Assembly: GCF_006345805.1 (NCBI RefSeq)
Contig: NC_042997.1
Span: 147,250,001 to 147,314,000, forward strand
From: Octopus sinensis
Lineage: Eukaryota
Direction of reading: 5' to 3'
DNA: 64,000 nt
This document shows positions 54,700 to 64,000 of this stretch, in pieces. The position numbers were made by a program, and so were the translations under genes. Positions within the stretch are counted from its first letter, which is position 1, and every line of letters starts with the position of its first letter. Under the pieces are notes generated by a model, which worked only from the letters and a program-made list of their open reading frames with translations, did not search any database and was not told the origin of the DNA.

Positions 54700-56092
54700 G
54701 TATGCCATTATTCAGTTTTATTTCAAGAATTCTTGCCAATAGAGAAAGAGCCAGTTTTTAACCTAGATCAAAGGCTCTTCATTCGAATTTCAATATCAAC
54801 AACAGGGCATTTTTGTATGCATGTATGTATCTGTATGTGCAGATTTCTATGTTTTAATTTATGTATGTCTTATCATGCATATACTTGTGTATCTAAACAT
54901 GCTCATATATACTTAAATGATAAACTTCTGGAAAGTTTTGCAGATTTTTACAGTTGCAGTAATACAATAGATCTGTAGTCTTCGAATCAACTTTCTCTCT
55001 TCTGGTTTTGAGAAGTATAATTTCTCAAGATTGGTATTTACGCAATGTGTTACATATCCCAGTGCCCCAATAATTACAGGTATAAACCTGAATTTGTAAT
55101 CTAGATTGAGCAACTACAGAGTTCTCAATAGTTTAGCGTAGGTATTCTCTTTTTCACTGATCTTCAGCTTTACGTTAACATCCGCTGGGAAGCTAATTTT
55201 CACAACTGTACATAGTTTCTTTTCTATGCCAAACACTTATATCAGGCCTGTTGTGCTTAGATTTTATTGAGCTTTTCACTAGGGCATTCCACTATTATTC
55301 AGTTTTAGTATGAGTGGATATGGCTTCAACCATACTGTGGGTTCTTTTTTCTTGGTCCTCGGGGTTATCCTTCCGACAGATTTTATTATGTAGTTTCCTA
55401 GCTACAACATCATATTTCATCAGTAGATAAAACCGTGGTGACATTTTCAGACAACTGCTTATGATGTGGATGATATCTTCGGCGTTAACTCCACAAAGTC
55501 TACATCGGTTGTCACATTTTAAAGCTTTTCCTGCATCTCTATCCCTTTTATGAATCAGGTATTTGGTTGATATTTCCTGCTCCTTGATTGCAAACGCATA
55601 CCCTTCAAAGTGCGACTTCTTTGGGCATGCATTCCAGGTTATCAGACAAGGAATGTTGCCCAAGGAGCTGCCTTCCAAGTATTATGATGTTACCGCCCTC
55701 ATGTACGCAAACTTGGTCAACGGATGCACTTCGACACTTGGTGATTAAAAGATGTTGCTGAAGGGCAATGATACGACGTTAAAAAAATGTTCTGTATCGA
55801 TGTTAAGCCTCTGCCGCCTAGTCTTCGTTTTAGGTAGTGTAGGTCTACGTCACTGTTTATGTGGAAGTTATGTGTGCTGGTAAGTATTTTTCAGATTTTC
55901 ACATCAATGGCTCGGATCTCATCAAGTGTCCAATCAAGCAATCCAAATGTTGGTATGAGTACTGGCACTGCAAGCACATTGTGGGCCACTGTCTTACTGA
56001 ATGCAGAGAGTTCTGATGTCCAAATTTTCTTTATTCGACTGTAATGTTCTTTAGTGACACGTGTTTTGTTATAGGTACCATTATAAGATATA
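54700..56092 (-). mobile_element. R4/Dong-like LINE, 5'-truncated and degenerate
   Basis: RIKKIWTSELSAFSK...AVPVLIPTFG, CRLCGVNAEDIIHIISSC (CCHC), FIPVIIGALG; its 3' UTR runs into (CATA)n. Confidence 0.85.
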
Positions 56093-56137
56093 TTACACAC
56101 ACACACAAACACAAACACACATTTATGTATGTATATA

Positions 56138-56542
56138 TTCTTTTACTTGTTTCAGTCGTCTTTGACTGCGGCCATGCTGGAGCCCCGCCTTGACGGGTTT
56201 TCGTCGGAAAAATCGACCCCAGGATTTATTTTTTAAGCTTAGTACTTATTCTATCAGTCCCTTTTGCTGAACCGCTATGTTACGGTGACACAAACACGGC
56301 AACACCGGTTGTCAAACGGTGATGGTAGGACAAACACAGACATAAAGACACACGCACACATTGATATACACACATATGTGACGGGCTTCTTTCAGTTTCC
56401 GTCTACCAAATCCACTCGCTTGTCTCTGGTCGGTCCAGGGCTATAGTACAAGACACTTGCCTAATATGCCACGTAGTGCGACTGAACCCAGAACCATGTG
56501 GTTGGGAAGCAAGCTTCTTGCCACACAATTACGCCTGCGCCT
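56138..56542 (-). mobile_element. SINE family B, full length (second partial copy at 56590-56760)
   Basis: Head aggcgcaggcg...gtggcaagaagcttgcttcccaaccacatggttctgggttcagtc; CORE-like ggcaagtgtcttgtactatagcc; tail ccagcatggccgcagtcaaa...ctgaaacaagtaaaaga. Confidence 0.9.
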
Positions 56543-57596
56543 ATATATATTCATATATTATATACATATTCTTTTCTTATCTACTCTTTTAGACATTTCA
56601 GTCATTTGACTGCGGCCATGCTAGAGCACCGCATTTAGTCGAAGAAATCGACCCCAGAACTTATTCAACGAGTCTCTTTTACCGAACCGCTAAGTTACGG
56701 GGACCTAAACACACTAACATCGGTTGTCAAGCGATAGTAGTGTGACAAACTCAGACACACATACACACACACATACATACATATATATATATGTGTGTGT
56801 ATATATACATATACATACATACATACATACATATATATATGCACACGTATGTGTGTATATATTTACAGAACAAGAGAGAGACGGAGAGAGAGGGGAACGG
56901 AGAGGGAGACAGAGAGATAGAACGAAAGTTTAGGAACAGTGTCACTAGAACACATATATTTTCTGTAATCACACATTCTCAGACTTTCATGTTGAGATAA
57001 AAAAATTTAACAATATAACTAATTTAATATAAATATTGAATTTATATTAAATCTAAACATTTATCTTTCGCTTCACGAATGTGAATGTAACAAACTTTAA
57101 ATCCTAACTTACATTCTTTGAAAAGTACTTCCTAGAATTCAACAAAAATGGCTACAATCGATGTAATTCAATGAAAATACAATGAAAAATATGGATGTGC
57201 TTTGAGTGAGTTTGTGTAGATGTCTGTGTATATTTGTACGTGTTGGAGACTATTTGTACGTTTGTTTGTTTGTTTGCGCGCGCGTCTGTGTGTGTGTGTG
57301 TGTGTTTGTGTGTATGGAACATTATGAGAGCAGTGGTGCTTGAGATAAGCGAATACTTGTTCAAGCAACTTAAAACAAAGAATGGCATTATCTGCTATTC
57401 GGTTTTGGAAACACTGAAGGAAACAATAAAGAAAACAAAACTATAATGTTGAAAGTAACAGCAGGACATGAGGCAAACATTTATGTTCTGGAAATTCATT
57501 ACAAACAAATATCAATTTTAATTCACTATTTTCCTTCAATTGTCGATTGTGTTTATTTAGTGCTATTGTCTTCTGCAGATAAATATTTCCTCCTTC

Positions 57597-57664
<68 letters not shown>

Positions 57665-58317
57665 CATTATTGTATACTTTCTTTATTGATGTTGAAACTA
57701 AGTTTGCTTGCTCGTGTTATCTTTAAGATAAAAGGAGAAAATATATACGTCTGTTAATCAAATAATGCTATAAACTGCTTCCTGTACTCTGTAATGAAAA
57801 TGTATCACTCATTGGTTCGGAGAAAGAAATATTGTATTAGATAGCAATATTTATAATTACTTTGGCATGTTTATGTTAATCCTTCGCTTTGTATACATTC
57901 ACTTCGTATACATTGTCAAGTAAAGTAGGAAACGTTTAATCAGAAATATATACATTAGGGTAAACGGCCTAGTCTGTCGAATAAGTATGTATTTATTAAT
58001 CTTGTTTTATCTTTTAAACCCAAATTACACACAAAAATGTAAAGTAAAACGGTGTAGTTTGTCTACCTAATCATACGTATTAAATGTATTATACCTATCT
58101 TTATTCCGTCTAAGTTTTTTATCGTCTCAGTTTATTAAAATGTCTCTGAGCAACGGCTGAACAAATATTTAGGAACACACAGAACACTGAACAGTGAATA
58201 CAAGAATAATTTCTCACGGAAGGAGAAAAGTTTAGATATTGTTGTTGCTTAGTCACTCGTTATCCATGAATAATAATAATAATGACAGTAATAATAATAA
58301 TAATGATCATAATAATA

Positions 58318-58377
<60 letters not shown>

Positions 58378-58413
58378 TAATAATAATAATAATGATCATA
58401 ATAATAATAATAA

Positions 58414-59975
58414 TACAAGTACCTAGGGGTAATTGAAGGGAACGGAATAAGGCATTCAGGGATGAAGGAAAGGATCAGGAGCGAATGCTATCGAAGAGTG
58501 AGAGCAATACTCAAGACAGAGCTGAATGCAAGAAACAGGATCGAAGCGATCAATGAATTAGCCATACCAGTCGTGACTTACAGTTTCAATATTGTTAACT
58601 GGTCAATTACTGAAATATGTCAGCTCGACAGAAAAATAAGGAAACTGTTGACAATGCATCAAATGCACCACCCTAAGGCAGATACAGAACGACTCTATCT
58701 GCCAAGAAAAGAGGGAGGCCGTGGTCGTTTGCAACTGGCAATAACAATGAAGATTGCTACAATTGGCCTAGACACCTACCTGAAAAACTCTGAGGACTGG
58801 ATGTTAAAACTTGTCTCAAAACATGAAAACAAGAAAGCATCATACTCAGTCACAAAACAGGCAAAGGAATATCTAAGTGAATTCCGAATACAACCAATTT
58901 CGGAATTAGAGATAGATATACAAGAAACAAGCACAGAAAAAGCTAGGCGCATGAAAACCCGTGCCAAAACTGCGGCCTTAGATATTCTGAATAATAAATG
59001 GCAAGAAAAACCTCTCTATGGCAAATACCCAAAGAGAGCGAATAATGCAGATATCGACAAAGCCCTGACCCATCAATGGCTAATGGCCTCTGGCTTAAAA
59101 TCTGAAACAGAGGGGTTTATCATAGCAGCTCAAGATCAATGCCTACCAACAAGAAACTACCAGGCCAACATATTAAAGAACGGCAGTAGCCCAACATGTC
59201 GTGTATGCCGACAACAAAATGAAACCATTGATCATGTTGTCTCCAAATGCAGTCTTCTAGCGCCTACAGAGTACCTCAGTAGGCATGATAGAGCTGCACA
59301 ATATATTCACTGGGTAATTTGCAAAAACCTGGATTTGCCCCATGAAAAAAACTGGTGGGAACACAATCCACCTCCAGTGCTTGAAAATGACCACATCTCA
59401 CTCCTCTGGAACTTCACCATTCAAACTGACAGGAAGATAGATGCAAATAGGCCAGACATCATATTGAAAGACTTCAGACAAAGAACATGCCTCCTCATTG
59501 ATATGACTGTCCCAATCGATATAAACGTATCTATCAAGACCTACCAAAAACTGAGCAAATATAAAGATCTTGAAATAGAAATCAGCAAAATGTGGAAGCT
59601 GAAGACTAAAACAATACCTGTTATCATAGGTGCCCTGGGAATGATAGCAAAAGGGACTGATTGCTACCTAAGTCAGATACCAGGAAACCCCAAAATGGCA
59701 GAAATTCAAAAGATAGTGCTCATGGGAACTGCTCATATTCTACGCAAAATACTCTCTATGTAATCCCAAGGTTTAAAACAAACTTTTTTTATTTTTATTT
59801 TTTATTTTTTTTATATTTTAAAAAATTTTTATGTATTAGACATTCACTAGTACAACACCAAAAAAAAAAAAAAAAACCAAATATATGGCACAGAACTTCC
59901 AACCTGTTGTCTCTTGAGGTCTCTGGGTGAGACTTGGAGCCAACTTGTACAGACATAAAGCAAAAGTCAAACATA

Positions 59976-59976
<1 letters not shown>
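58414..59976 (+). mobile_element. R4/Dong-clade non-LTR retrotransposon, 5'-truncated, inserted in (AAT)n
   Basis: Starts in frame at YKYLG (end of RT); (AAT)n on both sides (58268-58413 and 59977-60046). Confidence 0.93.
58462..59763 (+). CDS. R4/Dong ORF C-terminal part: post-RT region, CCHC zinc knuckle and restriction-like endonuclease
   Basis: 433 aa uninterrupted: RLYLPRKEGGRG, CRVC...ETIDHVVSKC, RHD, NRPDIIL...LIDMTVP, KLSKYKDL, IPVIIGALG. Confidence 0.92.
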   Translation: MKERIRSECYRRVRAILKTELNARNRIEAINELAIPVVTYSFNIVNWSITEICQLDRKIRKLLTMHQMHHPKADTERLYLPRKEGGRGRLQLAITMKIATIGLDTYLKNSEDWMLKLVSKHENKKASYSVTKQAKEYLSEFRIQPISELEIDIQETSTEKARRMKTRAKTAALDILNNKWQEKPLYGKYPKRANNADIDKALTHQWLMASGLKSETEGFIIAAQDQCLPTRNYQANILKNGSSPTCRVCRQQNETIDHVVSKCSLLAPTEYLSRHDRAAQYIHWVICKNLDLPHEKNWWEHNPPPVLENDHISLLWNFTIQTDRKIDANRPDIILKDFRQRTCLLIDMTVPIDINVSIKTYQKLSKYKDLEIEISKMWKLKTKTIPVIIGALGMIAKGTDCYLSQIPGNPKMAEIQKIVLMGTAHILRKILSM

Positions 59977-60047
<71 letters not shown>

Positions 60048-60048
<1 letters not shown>

Positions 60049-60250
60049 CCATTCTACTAAAGGCACAAGGCTTGATATCTTGGAGGTGGGTGCAAGTCGA
60101 TTACATTGACCCCAGTGCTCAGCTTGTATATATTTTATCGACCCCGAAAGGGCAAAAGACAAAGTCGACCTCGGTGGAATTTGAACTCAGAACGTATAGA
60201 CGGACGAAATGCCACTAAGCATTTTGCTCATCGCGCCAACGATTCTGCGT
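60048..60250 (-). mobile_element. SINE family A
   Basis: ttctactaaaggcacaagg tail, tttatcgaccccgaaagg core, gaatttgaactcagaacgt B-box region. Confidence 0.85.
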
Positions 60251-60494
60251 GCAAATATTGATACGCTGCAATACCACATGCAGAATACGAAGCATCTATT
60301 TTTTTTTAATTTTACAATTGTAAAATAAGTTGAATATATTCCAAATTCGGTAATTGCGACCGAATCAAGCCGCACCCCATACATTTGTGTGTGTATGTGT
60401 GTGTGTGTATATGTGTGCTTATGCGTGTGTCTGTGTGCATATATGTGTGAATGAGTGAGTGAGTGTGTGTTGTATTTCATACACAGTCATACAT

Positions 60495-60750
60495 AAAATG
60501 TCAAATGCCTTTTGTGTGAATTTGGTAGACGGAGACTGTATGAAAGTGTGTATGTGTGTGTGCATAATGTTTGTGTTTGTCCCCGCACTGTTTGACGACC
60601 GGTGTTGGTTTGGTTACGCTCCTCCCCACTTTTCCACAAACATCCGATACTAAATTTTAAAAAAGCATAAGTACTGTGGACGATTACTCAACTAAACCCT
60701 TCAAAACTATACCCCAGCATGACCGCAGTCTAATAACTGAAACAAGCAAC
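60495..60750 (+). mobile_element. SINE family B, 5'-truncated
   Basis: gtgaatttggtagacggagactg...ttgacgaccggtgttgg...ccccagcatgaccgcagtctaataactgaaacaag. Confidence 0.75.
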
Positions 60751-61003
60751 TAAATACAACATTATGTATACATAAATGCTTATATGAAATGAAATGCATG
60801 TTAACCTGGTCTCCGAAGACGTTCAGCTATGGAGACCTGCTTGAACTTCTGATCAAGAACATTCATGGCATCACTGAATAAACTTGCTTTATTCCATCAG
60901 TTTTCTTTGACGAATAAGACAGACTCTTTTAGGCTGTATGTCGATGCCTCCCTCTCATTGATTTAGAATTATTACATGTATACGTACACATATATACATA
61001 CAT

Positions 61004-61037
<34 letters not shown>

Positions 61038-61040
61038 GAT

Positions 61041-61079
<39 letters not shown>

Positions 61080-61288
61080 CATATATATATAAGACTGTCG
61101 AGGCGTTCGGCTGACCGTGTGTGTACTATTACTCTATTACAGCTGACCTAGGGCTATATAAGGACAACAAAGTACATATATATGTGTATGTGCGCGTCTA
61201 TATCTCATAATATGAGGTGTTTGTGTGTGAGTGCGCATTTACTTTACATTAATATATATGTTTACCAACACGGACTATATGTATATAA

Positions 61289-61380
<92 letters not shown>

Positions 61381-62556
61381 TATATTACAGAGAAAGCTGA
61401 CCTCTCATAGTAAACGCATGAAGTTCAAAGTTAACTATTTAGATATGTTAAATGATTGTGTAGTAGAATTTTATGTAAAATTGAAGGGTAAAAAGAAATA
61501 TTCAATTGAATTTCAATACTTATTTTTGAATTTACTATTGGTAGACCTTCATATATCTTTACAATAATAACAACCTTACAGATGAAATCCCAGCATTTTT
61601 TGAGTTATACTAACCAGACAGCCTTATCTTGACGTATTAGAAATCAGTGCAGGAAATTGCATAATTAGTATGTTAAAACTAACGATTGAAAGGAATAGAA
61701 AAGATAGATATTAAACTCTCGGCCTAAGTACTGTTTGAAACTATGAAATTAGTTTCCAAATTGCAATAATGCAGAGCAGAGTGGCATTTATATAACGTTG
61801 TTTTCTCGTAGTTTAATGAACTTTGCAACAACAAACCGAAGTACAGAGAATTTTCTAAAAGCTAGTGATTTTACCATCGAAAATAACATCTCATCAAGAA
61901 ATGAAAGCTACATCGAACATCATTAGTACAGACTTGAAAAGAATTTTTTTTAAACGATTTTTGCTACTACTTACCATTTCTGTGATGTCGAACAAATTGC
62001 TGTCTCTAAACCCATTTAGAGCTGACTTATTTCCTAATATTGGGTACGACATCAACAAGCAACTTGTATCACTCAGCTTTCAAATAAAAGTGTTCCCCCG
62101 TGTTATTTGTTTAGAACAATATGATTTAGACATAAATGAGTAAGCGGAGAAGAAAATAAAACATTTGCTGAATAAAAAAAAAAAACAGCAAAAAACATAC
62201 GAACAAAAAACACGAGAAAACAACAGCAAAAAAATTTGGATTACACCGGTCTGTAGTTCTCATCTTTTATTTTCAGAATTATACTTCAACAAACCTATCT
62301 TATACAGGAAAAAAAAAAAAAAAAAAAAAAAAAATAACAAACAGCGCAATCGTATTGGTTTTTCTGTTCACATAATGAACAATTACGAGCGCCATTTTAT
62401 CACAAATATAAAAAGCTTATCAGTTGTAAGATCACATTTAGCCATTGACATTGCGCAACGCTACGCTAGTGACAGAATAGAAACCATCGACATTTAGTTT
62501 CCCTCTCCAAGAACAGAAGAAACAAACTATTATTTTCTTCAAATAACGCAGTTGTG

Positions 62557-62595
<39 letters not shown>

Positions 62596-62689
62596 TCTGT
62601 ATATGTTTATATGTATGTTACGCATACGCACCCATATATATGCATACTTAATGCATACAAAATACATACATAATTCCTTTATCCATTCA

Positions 62690-62860
62690 GCTGAGACGAC
62701 TTGACTGGCGTCGCGGTGGGCGTCTTCAAAACGATTCTGCCAGCGTCTGTTGCTGCTTACTTGATTAAAAAAAATGCTATCCAAGAAGTTATACCGTACC
62801 CACCGCATTCTGATATAGCACCTTCAGATTAGCACCTTTTTCGGTCGCTCTCTAATTGTA
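62690..62860 (+). mobile_element. Mariner transposase fragment
   Basis: IPYPPHSDIAPSD*HLFRSLSN. Confidence 0.65.
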
Positions 62861-63302
62861 AAGTCAATACCACCATGACCGATATCCAAAGTACAGTGGA
62901 GAAGGTTAGCCACTGGATTTGGTTAAAAAGAGACGATGAGCAATGGCTAAAGAAATGTTGAGCTTTATTTAATAACCATTTGATCTAGCAAGCGGGGCCT
63001 CATATCAGTGAGGGGAGCCGGTGCGCATTGATGCCGTCGAGAGGTAGGCCCCAAAACGGCGCGAATTCTCTCCTGATGACCCCATACACTTGCTGGCTTC
63101 CGGTATGCGGAGTTCTTGACTGGTAGCACTTTCATGTACGAGTTGTATGCAAGACATCAAGGCATTTCGTTCAACAACGGCGTAGAAACGAGAATGTCGA
63201 TCGATCAAATCTTTAACTCGGGGCTGTGATTTTCCGCAGTCAAGGTCTCACCAAGCATAGGGAACGTTGGCGAGAAGTCTTGAACGATGAAGGAGAGTAT
63301 AG

Positions 63303-63878
63303 CCATTTCTTTACTACCCACAAGCGGCTAAACAGAGAGAGGACAAACAAGGACAGACAAACGGATTAAGTCTATTATATCGACCTCAGTGCGTAACTGG
63401 TACTTATTTAATCGATCCCGAATGATGGAAGGCAAAGTCAACCTCGGCGGAATTTGAACTCAGAACGTAGCGGCAAACGAAATACCTATTTCTTTACTAC
63501 CCACGAGGGGCTAAAAACAGACGGGACAAACAAGGGCAGACAAACGGATTAAGTCGATTACATCGACCCCAGTGCGTAACTGATGCTTATTTAATCGATC
63601 CCGAAAGGATGAAAGGTAAAGTCGACCTCGGCGGAATTTGAACTCAGAACGTAACGACAGACGAAATACCTATTTCTTTACTACCCACAAGGGGCTAAAC
63701 ACAGAGAGGACAAACAAAGACAGACAAACGGATTAAGTCGATTACATCGACCCCAGTGCGCAACTGGTACTTATTTAATCGACCCCGAAAGGATGACAGG
63801 CAAAGTCGACCTCGGTGGAATTTGAACTCAGAACATAACGGCAGACGAAATACCGCTCAGCATTTCGCCCAGCGTGCT
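63303..63878 (-). mobile_element. SINE family A with three tandem ~184-bp modules
   Basis: Units 63303-63485, 63486-63669 and 63670-63853, joined at gaaatac|ctatttc; partial tRNA-like head at 63854-63878. Confidence 0.92.
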
Positions 63879-64000
63879 GATTTCTTTATTTGAGCATTCA
63901 GGCTCTACATAGAGGAGACGATAGACGACAGACAAAACAGCACAGTGGGGATATAAAACATAGAACGAATGAATGATTGATGAATTTTGATAATGAAAAT

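Noticed and set aside
63303-63878. Regular repeat array as a possible CRISPR
   Set aside because: Whole 184-bp units repeat with no unique spacers, the context is eukaryotic, and there are no cas genes

Overview
AT-rich, repeat-dominated eukaryotic DNA with no complete host gene that I can recognise. The SINE families and the extreme (TA)n/(TATG)n/(CAT)n microsatellite load look like an octopus (coleoid cephalopod) genome; this is an inference from recognition, not a database result. Contents: (i) at least four tRNA-derived SINE families. (ii) Tc1/mariner relics of three catalytic types: DD34D mariners (three retain both TIRs and TA duplications), a DD37D/maT fragment and a DD41D/rosa fragment. 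(iii) Non-LTR elements: a young R4/Dong copy with a 433-aa open ORF inside (AAT)n, older Dong-like copies next to (TATG)n, and Tx1/L1, RTE and CR1/L2 fragments. (iv) A non-autonomous Helitron, MITEs and a Penelope-type RT relic. The most notable signals are a near-canonical type I hammerhead ribozyme (26315-26393) plus a series of unrelated long fold-back elements, several with hammerhead-like cores (probably inverted Penelope termini), and a SINE carrying a variable number of a precise 184-bp GT...AG module. A few weak candidate host exons were seen. Most ORFs in the supplied track are microsatellite artefacts. All coordinates were read by eye, and repeat boundaries are approximate unless a TSD or TIR defines them.
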